NCBI GenBank assembly: GCA_037441675.1
Contig: JBBIRS010000006.1
Span: 51,644-115,643, forward strand
DNA: 64,000 nt
From: Planctomycetales bacterium
Lineage (GTDB): Bacteria; 4484-113
Reading direction: 5' to 3'
Shown here: positions 52,724-62,380 of the stretch, piece after piece
Layout of the letters: every line of letters begins with the position of its first letter
Numbering within the stretch: the stretch's first letter is position 1
The notes under the pieces: generated by a model
What the model saw: the letters and a program-made list of their open reading frames with translations, nothing else
The model's database searches: none
What the model was told of the DNA's origin: nothing
Translations under genes and position numbers: made by a program

Positions 52724-53629
52724 ATGCTAATGAATTTCACGAAAATGCACGGTTCGGGAAACGACTTTATTGTCATAGATGATAGGGATGAGGCATGCAA
52801 AGGTCTGGAGATGGAGCTTGCAAAGAGACTTTGCCACAGGCGGTATTCAATAGGCGCTGATGGAATGATCTTTTTGCGACAACCTTCGTTACCATCCTGT
52901 GATGTAAAAATGTATTACGTTAACTCTGATGGAAGTTATGCAGGAATGTGTGGGAATGGTATTCGGTGTACTGCCTGGTATTTTTATAATAGAATAAGCA
53001 ATGAGAAGCGAGAACTTTTTATAGAAGTGGCAGGAGAAGCGAGAGCGGTTTTTATTCAAAATGGTGAAAGCACTAGGAGCGCTTACATAACTACAGATAT
53101 GAGAGTGCCAAGCTTAAAGCTTGCTGATATCCCTGCAAATATTGAGGGTTTTCGGGGGGAGGAGAAATGGATTGACCGCGAACTAGAACTTTTCAAACGG
53201 TATGCACCTAGATGTACTCTTGTTTCAATGGGGAATCCGCATTGTGTAATATTTGTGAACGAGGATGAACTCACTGATCAGTTGGTGCATATAAATGGGA
53301 GGGAGATTGAACGAAACATTAAGATTTTTCCAGAAAGAACAAACGTTGAATTTGCCTGCATTGATTTGGGCGCAGAAGATGCGATGAGCGAAGGCATCTC
53401 GTTGACGATGAGGGTGTGGGAGAGAGGGGTAGGGGAAACGTGGTCTTGTGCGAGTGGTGCAAGTGCCGCGGTGGTAGCAGGTGTTGTTTCAGGTAGGTTG
53501 CAAGCCGGCAAGGAAATTTCTGTCCATCTTCCAGGTGGTGTTTTAATGGTAACCTGGCACGGAGAAGGAACGCCAGTTACCTTGAGGGGGTTGGCTGAGT
53601 TTTCCTTTGATGGAACTGTTGAAATTTAA
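52724..53629 (+). CDS. dapF: Diaminopimelate epimerase
   Basis: FTKMHGSGNDF, MCGNGIRC, SMGNPH, TNVEF, VWERGVGET.SC.SG. Confidence 0.96.
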   Translation: MLMNFTKMHGSGNDFIVIDDRDEACKGLEMELAKRLCHRRYSIGADGMIFLRQPSLPSCDVKMYYVNSDGSYAGMCGNGIRCTAWYFYNRISNEKRELFIEVAGEARAVFIQNGESTRSAYITTDMRVPSLKLADIPANIEGFRGEEKWIDRELELFKRYAPRCTLVSMGNPHCVIFVNEDELTDQLVHINGREIERNIKIFPERTNVEFACIDLGAEDAMSEGISLTMRVWERGVGETWSCASGASAAVVAGVVSGRLQAGKEISVHLPGGVLMVTWHGEGTPVTLRGLAEFSFDGTVEI

Positions 53630-53640
53630 TGGAGTAATGG

Positions 53641-54519
53641 GTGAATCGCGAATCGCCAATTCTACTTATTGATACTCCGGGATTGATTTTTCGTGCATTC
53701 TACTCCATCAGCGACCTCTCCACCGCAGATGGATTTCCGACGAACGCGGTTTATGGAGTTCTCCTTCAGGTTCTCAGGGTTATCAAGGATACCCAGCCTT
53801 CAGCCTGTGCTGCATTTTTTGATACTCCTGCGCCTACTTTTAGAGAGAAGGAGTTTGAAGAGTATAAGGCTCAAAGACCGCTGCCACCATCAGAGCTAAT
53901 CGCCCAATTTCCAGTTGTAATTGAGGCGTTTGAAAAAGCGCTTCTCCCGGTTTTTCTTGAGCCAGGCTATGAAGCGGATGATTTAATTGCATCCTACGCA
54001 TCTAACCACCCTCAGAAACTCAAGTATGTTTTGACTGGGGATAAAGATATGCTACAAATTGTAAGTGATACCCTCTTTGTTATGATGCAAACAAAGGGGG
54101 TTACAGAGGCTAAGCTTTGGACTAAAGAGAAGGTCTTGGAAACTTACGGTTTTCCTCCCGCCAATTTCGTTGATTTCAAGGCTCTTAGAGGTGACCCCTC
54201 GGATAACATTCCAGGCGTTTCTGGGGTAGGAGATAAGCACGCAACTAAGCTTATTTTAGAGTATGTCAACCTTGAGGGTGTTTATGAACATATTGATGAA
54301 ATAAAGCCAGTAAGGATTAGAGAAGCATTAAAGCTAGCTAAGACCGAGGTCTTCAAGTATCGTGAACTCGTAAGGTTAAGAACTGACTTGAAGCTTGCGG
54401 AGGAAGCAATGAATCTTAGACTACCGGATTTCTCGCGCAAGGAGTTCTTAGAATTCTGCGATAAGTATGCACTGAGGGCAATAAAAAAACAGGTATTGGC
54501 TAGCTTTACCTCAGGCTAA
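53641..54519 (+). CDS. Stand-alone 5'-3' exonuclease/flap endonuclease (PolA N-terminal domain homolog)
   Basis: FRAFYS, PTNAVYG, YKAQR, EADD, TGDKD, GDPSDNIPGV.GVG.K.A; ends at 292 aa with no polymerase domain. Confidence 0.92.
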   Translation: MNRESPILLIDTPGLIFRAFYSISDLSTADGFPTNAVYGVLLQVLRVIKDTQPSACAAFFDTPAPTFREKEFEEYKAQRPLPPSELIAQFPVVIEAFEKALLPVFLEPGYEADDLIASYASNHPQKLKYVLTGDKDMLQIVSDTLFVMMQTKGVTEAKLWTKEKVLETYGFPPANFVDFKALRGDPSDNIPGVSGVGDKHATKLILEYVNLEGVYEHIDEIKPVRIREALKLAKTEVFKYRELVRLRTDLKLAEEAMNLRLPDFSRKEFLEFCDKYALRAIKKQVLASFTSG

Positions 54520-54710
54520 TTGGTAACGAGGTTTCGGTCGATAGTTTTACTGGCTGATTAAATTTTCTTTTGTAATTTTAAGATTCTAGAACTGGTATCT
54601 CTTATTACTCTCAGTTCGATGCCTTCAAATTTTTTCCCCTATAAAAATCTCTTGCGCTAGTTATTTGCGAATAAGTCTATCCACTCTAGAGCTCACTTGC
54701 TATAATCAGA

Positions 54711-54950
54711 TTGATGCTATCATTGATTGTGGAAGTATATATTTTCCTCATCTTCTTATATGTGTTGCTATCCTGGGTGCCAGAATTTAGGTACCAGAGC
54801 TGGTATAGAACCCTTGGCACGATGACAGAGCCGTATCTTTCCTTGTTTAGGCGAGTAATCCCCCCAGTTGGTCTCATTGACTTTTCTCCAATGGTAGCCA
54901 TCTTTGTCCTAGTTATGATTGAGCAGATTCTCAGACGTTCTGGGCTTTAA
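54711..54950 (+). CDS. YggT family membrane protein
   Basis: VLLSWVP..TEPYL..FRRVIPPVG.IDFSPMVA. Confidence 0.92.
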   Translation: MMLSLIVEVYIFLIFLYVLLSWVPEFRYQSWYRTLGTMTEPYLSLFRRVIPPVGLIDFSPMVAIFVLVMIEQILRRSGL

Positions 54951-55131
54951 TTTAAGATTAGCCAACTTCACATTTTAATCAATTCTTTAACTTTCTTAAT
55001 ACGATATTTTTCAGTGATATTGTCAGCTGTTGCGATTAACCCAATTCATCTTCAGAGAAAGAGGTATGGCTAATTTTACGTTGATATTATCATGCGTAAA
55101 AGCAATAACAATCGCATCAATTATGGGCTAA

Positions 55132-55953
55132 TTATACATTTCGCCCTATTTCAACATCAATAAGCGACAACGAGACTTCCTCAAAATACCGATTAATAAC
55201 GTAAAGATTGTCAGGCATCTTAGACACACCCGTTATCTCAGTAGGATTATGAAGAGGAAGCTCTGACGGCTTAAGTTCAGGTGGGACAATTTTTGTAAAA
55301 TCATATATAAGGCTGGTCTTGATTCCTGCTGACTTACAAGTATCCAGAAGAACACAAGTTCCAATTTTATTTATAAAAGTATCATCAAATACTGCGTCAG
55401 CGCCAACCATTACAAGCCTTACTTTTTCTAAGTGCTCACGAAAGGCAATATCAGGAAATACATAGCATTTTATACCCTTACTTGCGAGTTCGGTGGCGAG
55501 CAGTAAGCCCTCCATCTTAGGTCTACCTTCGCCGATGAACAGTGTCGGCTCTGCTCCCTCAGCCTTAGCCGATATCAGGCAGTTACGAACTAGTCCCGAG
55601 TAACTGATGCTGATAATGTTTTCTGCCTCGCAAACCAGTCTCGTGCCTTGGGCAATAACTTTACGCTTATGCTCAATTCTCCTTTGTTCCAGCCTTTCTG
55701 CTGCTAAGCTAACGCTCCCAGTTTCGTTTAGTTCATCCTGAATTAGCCGACATAGGTTCACAAGGGATGGAATGCCGGCTTGTGTCTGCTTCAATTGCCT
55801 CTCAAGGTTGGATACTAGTAAATTTCCGTTTCTAACATCAGTATGCGAACGCAGAAATTCAAGCGCCCAGTCAATCAGCACACTAGCGCCGTGCCTTTTA
55901 TCCTCTAGTATCTCCCGCCATCTAGGATCTCTTAGTATATCCTCAATTTCCAA
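55132..55953 (-). CDS. eIF-2B alpha/beta/delta-like protein (MtnA / ribose-1,5-bisphosphate isomerase superfamily)
   Basis: DKRHGAS, ISYSG, EGRPKMEG, VGADAV, INKIGT, NRYFE. Confidence 0.8.
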   Translation of the reverse strand: MEIEDILRDPRWREILEDKRHGASVLIDWALEFLRSHTDVRNGNLLVSNLERQLKQTQAGIPSLVNLCRLIQDELNETGSVSLAAERLEQRRIEHKRKVIAQGTRLVCEAENIISISYSGLVRNCLISAKAEGAEPTLFIGEGRPKMEGLLLATELASKGIKCYVFPDIAFREHLEKVRLVMVGADAVFDDTFINKIGTCVLLDTCKSAGIKTSLIYDFTKIVPPELKPSELPLHNPTEITGVSKMPDNLYVINRYFEEVSLSLIDVEIGRNV

Positions 55954-55959
55954 ATGGCA

Positions 55960-56701
55960 TCATTCCCTCCAATATCTGGCTTTTCTCCTCCTGCTATAGT
56001 CTATCAAAATCACTGTAATACACCAGGAGTGAGAGCCAACAGTGCCTAGAATTAAAGTACCAATTATATACCCTCCTCTAGGCAAATCGTAAAGTGCATA
56101 ACCCTGATTAAAATACTCAAGAAGTAGGAACAGCAACACGAAAAAAATTTTCGCAGGAAAAGAAATTCTGCTTTCTAGCCACCTGGGATTAAGTGTTTCA
56201 TTCCTCCTGGACTTGACCTTTCGCTTCATTTTTCTAGCTTGTTATTCCAATGCAAATTCTGTTTCATCATAATCTCTAGTGGCGGATTCAAATCGTTTAG
56301 CCAACTGAGACGTTGTTTGGATTTGCTCGTTACTTGACACGTTTTTCTTCAAAGGTACACTATCATCTTCCAATGTTGGAGGTTCTCGTTCCGTAGCTTC
56401 AGCTTTTAATTCTATGGAACGAAAGCGATTTGTGACAGGAGCTCTTCTTGTCCTAAAACTTGATTGCAGAACGGATGATTGAGGTGTTGCTTCAGGACTT
56501 GTGGACTTTTGTGGTTCACTGACAACTTCCAGTGGTATGTCTTCTAGTAAATTCAACCTGAAGTAAGGGCAGAAGTTGAGCCACGTCCTCCAAAGCCTTC
56601 CGCACTGCTTGCATTACCGATAGTGTGCTTGGAATTGCTGGCAGTAAAGGCTTTTCTCGTCAATCTCAGCTTCGCAAGTAGGGCATTTTACTTCTGCTCA
56701 C
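55960..56701 (-). pseudogene. Double zinc-ribbon plus membrane protein pseudogene (downstream copy)
   Basis: Manual translation KCPTC..YCQQF..*CKQC..FCPYF, continuing into the low-complexity ORF 56242-56556 and TM ORF 55960-56229. Confidence 0.55.
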
Positions 56702-57411
56702 TCCTTAATTTTGAAATATAAAAAAATGATAAGCCATAAATGCCAGAAATGAGAAAACTTGCCCCTGCAATAAGCCATAAGGCTATATTTAACCAAGCGA
56801 GGGAAACTATATATTTTGCCCCTGGAATTTCCGTAGTAATTTCTTGCGTTGTTGGAATGATGAAAACCTTGTTATAAAGCCAATCGCGCCCGCAATTAGC
56901 GCAGATATTAGGAGGTAGGCTGATCGCCTTATGACTGCGTCCTTATTTTCAAAGGGGAAGCCAACACTTTCTTCCTTACGCTTTACTCTTTCCCAATCCC
57001 TGGGGAATTTACCTAAAGGGGTAGGTTCACCTTCCCCGACTGAAGCGATAGTCCGCTGACTAACGCCACTTTGTTAATTTATGGCGCTTATTTCTTGTTC
57101 AGCAATCGCAGAAGCATTTTCGCCCTCAAAAGCAATTGCTTGAGTATCAATATCAGAAAAAACTTCATCGCCAAGCTCAATCCTTGAGATTCTCTCTTTT
57201 GGCGAAGATCGAAACTCTTCACCCATCTTATCAACGCCAAGGATGGGCTAGTTCGGTGCGCGCCCAGTAGTGGATAGTTGCACTTGGGTCAGTTAATCTC
57301 GCGCACATCAACAAGCTCTAAGCAGTTGGGACATCCCCTAATTCGTATGGCGCATTAAGGGCAGAGAACCTCTGGTGGTATCAAATCTCTCCTGCACACA
57401 GGACACAGCAT
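56698..57411 (-). pseudogene. Double zinc-ribbon plus membrane protein pseudogene (upstream copy)
   Basis: MLCPVC..LCP*C..GCPNC..N*PKC, then a charged linker and hydrophobic C-terminal fragments; the stop overlaps the next start (GTGA). Confidence 0.55.
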
Positions 57412-57464
57412 TTGAATCAAAGTTTAGCACAAAGCCCAACCGATGTAGAATAATGCCAGATTGA

Positions 57465-57959
57465 ATGGATAAAAGCTCACTTAAAATTAGATACGCAGAC
57501 AAGGATGACATTTCTGATATAGCCGGATTGCACCTTCTGACTTTGGAGGAACTTGCGGGGATAGCACCTGCTGGTTACGGGGATAGCCTGAAGCATTGCC
57601 TTCCCACCGCCGAAGAATTTGAGAAATTGTTTACTTCCGAGCTTGAGGACGAAAGAAGCGTTCTAGTAATCGCTGAGATTGATGGAATCTTAGCGGGATT
57701 TGCCTTCGGCTTTCTTGAGAAGCATTCTGACGATTTAATAGAGGCGCCCTATCTCTCGATTGTCTACCTTGAAACGGCAAAAGAATTCAGGAAGCGCGGG
57801 GTCGGGCGTGCGCTTCTTAAGGAGATGGAACGGCTGGCAAGGGAGCGCGGGATAAAAACGATTGACCTGCAAGTCTGGCTCACGAATAAGCCAGCAATGA
57901 GACTTTCTGTTGAAGCAGGCTATCAGCCTCTAGAGATGCGTATGGGGAAACGTGTTTAG
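57465..57959 (+). CDS. GNAT family N-acetyltransferase
   Basis: IRYA...D, FRKRGVGRALL (acetyl-CoA motif A), V...NKPA..L....GY. Confidence 0.88.
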   Translation: MDKSSLKIRYADKDDISDIAGLHLLTLEELAGIAPAGYGDSLKHCLPTAEEFEKLFTSELEDERSVLVIAEIDGILAGFAFGFLEKHSDDLIEAPYLSIVYLETAKEFRKRGVGRALLKEMERLARERGIKTIDLQVWLTNKPAMRLSVEAGYQPLEMRMGKRV

Positions 57960-57961
57960 GA

Positions 57962-58401
57962 CTAGAGTATACTGGGATATGATTTTTCTACCAGTTTTCG
58001 CACCTTTACGGTCAGTTCATTAGCTCGACTAATTGCCTCCTTTACCTCTCTTTCTGAGACGCTTATGCCTCCTTCGTAGAGATCCTTATGTCTTTTCACT
58101 CGGAGTTTTTGGAAAAGGCAACTAGCGACAATTCAGTCTTCACCGTGTGTTTAAGGGTCTCCAGTGTTCTAAAGTTTTCATTCCTCTTTTCCTTCCGTTT
58201 ATAACCGTTACATAGCAAAGCCAACTTTGCAAGGATAAATATCGCGTGATAGGCGAGGTCCAGCCTGCTTTCGAATGTGAGTTATTCTAACTTCGCATCC
58301 TTAAGTTTGTTTTGTGCGGTCTTCCATAAATTTCCTATTTCCTTTTGAGAAGCCCGTGCGGAGATAATTTCTCCCCAACTTTCAAGTTCGGTCAAAGTCA
58401 T
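57962..58401 (-). pseudogene. HEPN-domain toxin pseudogene
   Basis: MTLTELE..KDAKLE*LTFESRLDLAYHA..(fs)FQKLRVKRHKDLYEG: Rx4Y variant of the HEPN motif; start overlaps the end of the MNT gene. Confidence 0.7.
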
Positions 58402-58974
58402 CCCATTCTCCTAAAAGCAAAATTTTTGCTCCATTATGCACATCGTAAACGAAACCATCCTCTTTAGCCAATGAAAGCTTGTACTCCTTTGGTGTATAGA
58501 CAGTGGGGTTCAATTCACGCCCAAGAACACAGGAGGCGTTCATCAAAGCGGATACGATGTCGTATAGCTTCACAGTTCCGACTACCATTATGTCCACATC
58601 GCTTTCGGGTGTTATCTCTCCAGTTGCGAAACTGCCGTAGATATTGGCAAGTTTAATTCTCTTGCGAAATGGTTCTAATGCATCCCTTATTACATCTGCT
58701 AATCCTACTGTCTTCAGAATTAGTCCTTTCAACTCAGTATAAATAGGACATTTAGAATTCAACCGATAGAAGAATTGCCTGCCGACCTGCTTAGATTCAA
58801 CTATTCCAGCCTTTTTCAGTGTATTCGGCTCACGGCTGGAGTTGATGGAGTAAATGCCAGAGCGTCTGGCGATTTCACGTAAATGTAGCCACTCTTCGCT
58901 AGAGCGAAAAAGTTCCGCAATGATTTTCAGTCTCGTTTTTCCAAATATCAGAGTGATATTTGAATAGCAGTCAT
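58382..58974 (-). pseudogene. wHTH-MNT nucleotidyltransferase antitoxin, frameshifted just after the start
   Basis: IFGKTRLKII..HLREIARRSG (wHTH) is in frame with YGSFATG..ESDVDIMVVG..LGRELNP; ATG 58974 is out of frame. Confidence 0.78.
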
Positions 58975-58977
58975 TGT

Positions 58978-58993
58978 TGCTACAATTGTGGCA
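58978..58993. promoter_or_regulatory. Palindromic operator candidate for TA autoregulation
   Basis: TGCTACAATTGTGGCA, a near-perfect 16-bp palindrome 4 nt upstream of the wHTH-MNT start. Confidence 0.45.
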
Positions 58994-59126
58994 TTTTTTA
59001 CTACTATTTCAATCGTCAAATCTGGCTCACGAATAAGCCCGCAATTGGAGAAAACGTCTATGCAAGCTTTCATAATCTATAGTTGCGTCCGGGGAAATGG
59101 GATTTAAGGTTGAAACTCTTACTAGA

Positions 59127-59155
59127 TTGACAGATGTTTAGCATCCGCTTATACT
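59127..59155 (+). promoter_or_regulatory. Near-consensus sigma70 promoter upstream of the R-M locus
   Basis: TTGACA-N17-TATACT. Confidence 0.6.
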
Positions 59156-59501
59156 TTACTTTTCACACGGGCATGTGACCTACAAGCTTCAGGAACTCTC
59201 GCTCTATCAGGAGTTCAGGAATTACCTCGTTAGACTCGTCTGAAGAATGTGTGCGCCATTACTGAAGGTTCTTGGAACTAAGAAAACACCTGATATTCTA
59301 TGGAAAACTGACGTTTACTAGATAATCCTTGAAGGGAAGATATGACCTGGGCTAAAGAATCTTCCCGACGCTATACTTCAGGCGGCTGAATATAGGCAAG
59401 AAGCAAATGCTGATAGTCACGCGGTTTTCTCAAAGGCGTCATTTACTGTAAAATAGTATTAGGAGAGAGCGACTTTAACCTTAAATTCTCGTGAAGCAAA
59501 A

Positions 59502-60785
59502 TTGCATAAAGCAGTAAACAATCTTTCTACCCCACTAGAGGTCAAAAGTGAAAGAAAGAGAGCGATCAGAGGGAGGGAGGTCTCGATTCTCTTTAGGAAT
59601 TCCGTCCCTGAATAACCTGCGTCCCTTAATGGAGTGTTCGCCATTTATCAGTATCCAGCCAAGTTCATACCTCAAGTTGTAGCCTATGCAATTAAGGAAT
59701 ACGCAGAGCCCGGAATGACCGTTTTCGACCCGTTCGCTGGGTATGGTTCTGCGGGAATAGTCGCAAGGCTTTATGGTTTGAATTATGAGCTTTGGGATTT
59801 GAATCCGATGTTGGATGTCATTCATAAGACCGCGATGCTGAGCCCTACCATCCCCTTCCATATCTAGCCCGAGCACCTGCTCAGCGCGTTAAGAGATTCA
59901 GAAAGGGAGTACTTACCCAAATGGTCAAACCTAGACCATTGGTTCCCCTGCGAGTTTGTGACTATGTTAGCCAGGGCTTGGGGCGCTGCTCACGCATTAC
60001 CTGAAGAACTAAAGTACTATGTTTACATACCACTTGCAAAGACTACGAGGTTATTTTCCTATAGTGACGAAAAGGTTCACAAGCTTTACTCCTCCAGTAA
60101 AGCAAAGCTCAAGGTCAAGCGGTTTCTAGAAGGAAACTGGCGACAAAGTTTCTTCTCTCATTTAGAGCGCGAAATGGCTAGCCTTATTGAGAAATTGCGC
60201 ATATACCAGCAACTGGGGCCAAGACCAGTTGAGCACACGATTAAGGCTGCTGTTGACACCCTTGAATGCGAGTTGGAACACGACGTGGACATGTTCATTA
60301 CGTCACCACCCTACTTGCAGGCTCAAGAATACTTAAGGTCAACTAAGCTTGAACTGTTCTGGATGGGATATGAAGAGGAAGAGATAAGACGCTTAAGTAA
60401 ATTAGAGCTTCCCTATAGGCAAGTTGAGAAGAGTGAGATTAGAACAACAACTTTCTGGAAATTTAGAAGCCAAATTAGAGAACAACATCTGATTTCTCTC
60501 TACGATAATTATTTCCACTCTATACTCTCTGTCTTCGAAAGACTTAGTAAGCGCGTTACGAAGTACATGTGCATATTCGTGGGTCCCGCTACAGTAAGAA
60601 CAGTTTCCATTCCCATTGATAAGGTCGTTGTTGAACACATGGTGTCCAGAGGTTGGGAGCATCAGTGTACATACATTGACAAGATAGTAGGGAGGGTTAT
60701 GTTTGAATCGCGAGTTAATCCTGCTTACGGTCTAGAAGACAAACGAATTCCAACGGAACGCCTTGTTGTTCTTCACAGGAAATAA
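59502..60785 (+). pseudogene. Amino (probably N4-cytosine) DNA methyltransferase with two in-frame stops
   Basis: YPAKFIPQ, motif I FDPFAGYGS, motif IV ITSPPY; in-frame TAA 59613 and TAG 59865; start uncertain. Confidence 0.82.
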
Positions 60786-60787
60786 AG

Positions 60788-61763
60788 ATGACTTGATTGC
60801 TCAAGAAGCATCTTCAAGGCCCATCCGCAACTGAAGAACTTTCAGACTACATCCATCAACTGCATCGGGAGCTATCAGGTATCTTTAACCCAATTTGGGA
60901 TGAAAACGAAATAGGTAAACTTGTACTTTCCGCACTTAGGTCTAACGATTTTAATACTATCAGGGTTAGTGGTCGCAGGAGCTTTGTCAATGACGATGCG
61001 GTCAAGACTTGGTGTCGCGAGATACTTATTCCTAGCTCGTTGGCGATTTCAATCGATGATGTTGACATAGTGAGATTATTATTGTTTTCAATTGAAATAA
61101 CACATAAAATGTTTGCAGGTGGGACTAGAGCTACTGTTACGCAAAAGGGTTTTCGCGACAGACGAAGGACATTTGAGAGCATACTGGCTGACCAGTTTGT
61201 TGGTAAACTCGGTGAAGTCGTCTTGAAGAAGTATCTGAAGCGGATACTAGATGTTGAAATAGACCTAGACTGGGAGATATCCACAGAGATAGAAAGAACG
61301 GTTCAGGAACGATATTACAGGGGCAGAAATGATGGTAAGCATAAAGTCGTCACCCACGCTTGCTGGTATCTGGGCTGAAGCGCCTATTGGTTATGATTTC
61401 GGGGTATATGTCAAGTGCTCGGTTCCACAGGCTACTATTATCCAGTTCTTCATTGAAGCCTGTGGTTTTAGCAAGTTATTGGATTACGCTAGTTCTAAAA
61501 TACCTGCAACAGACGAGCGTTTCAGTTCCTATCTGAAGGATATAAGTGAGAGAATCCGTCGATACAAATGTGGTGAATTTCAGACTACGCTGAAGGGTGT
61601 GGTGTGCGGATATTTTGAGACGTCCAACCAGTCACTAATTCCAGAGGGGGCGAAGCTTGACTATTTGGGTGTGGTTAGGGAAGAAAGGTATTTTTCGAAG
61701 CTCTCAGACCTAAAGTGGGGATTAAATGATTGGAAGGAATTTAGAACACGATGCGTATTGTAA
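60788..61763 (+). pseudogene. Putative type II restriction endonuclease, frameshifted
   Basis: Directly follows the MTase; GKLGE..D..SIKS (PD-(D/E)xK-like); AGAA duplication at 61291-61298 shifts the frame; TGA at codon 3 if ATG 60788 is the start. Confidence 0.65.
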
Positions 61764-62380
61764 AGCTACATTCACCGAGAGCTTTCCTGCTATGGTGGAG
61801 ATGGATATGGAGGTGCTTCAGGCAATGGGGTACTCTGAGGGTGAGGAATAGGCAATCATTGACGAGATCTACCCCATCATCGCCTATGAACTTACGCAGA
61901 CGAAACAGGCAATGTCGTCAAGATAAGGATGATATTTGGACTTTTTTTAACGGTGCGACTCATAAGTCATCGCCGATGACTTAACTCAGGAAACAGGTTA
62001 TGTCAGGGAGGTAAAGCCTATGAAGTGTTAGGCTCAGGGACATCCATCCCAAAATCATCGCAGAATTCCTAAGTAGCTCCAGCGTTTATCAGATAACCTA
62101 TTCGTTGAAGGCTTTCGTTGAAGGCTGCCTGAAAAAGTGGGGAAGAGGAAACGTTACTTGTGTTGAGTTTGAATAGCTTTGGGCTGGTCACTGCTGAGGA
62201 TAATATTCTAGGTGATATACCCTTGATCCAATATTGAAGCCAGGACTGCGGGAGCAAGCTCTTCGCCCTACAGGTCACAAGCTTGCCACCCATCAGAATA
62301 GACTAAAGAATTAATTTAACGGCAAAAGGATATATTCACGCGCAACTCAGCACTTTTTCGTGATAAACTAAAAGGTTGGA

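Larger units (their letters stand above)
57870..59045 (+). repeat. 29-bp imperfect direct repeat (57870-57898 and 59017-59045)
   Basis: CAA(G/A)TCTGGCTCACGAATAAGCC(A/C)GCAAT, with a 19-bp identical core. Confidence 0.8.

Noticed and set aside
53641-54519. Truncated polA pseudogene
   Set aside because: The ORF ends cleanly after the 5'-3' exonuclease domain and no polymerase remnant follows; stand-alone FEN homologs are well known.
13567-59867. Stop-codon reassignment or programmed readthrough, suggested by repeated in-frame TAA in the kinases, MTase and HEPN gene
   Set aside because: TAA, TAG and TGA all end intact genes here, core genes have no internal stops, and the same loci also carry frameshifts; decay explains the pattern better.
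61760-62340. Possible remnant of another R-M-related gene between the REase and uvrA
   Set aside because: Only short helical-looking fragments with stops and no diagnostic motif.
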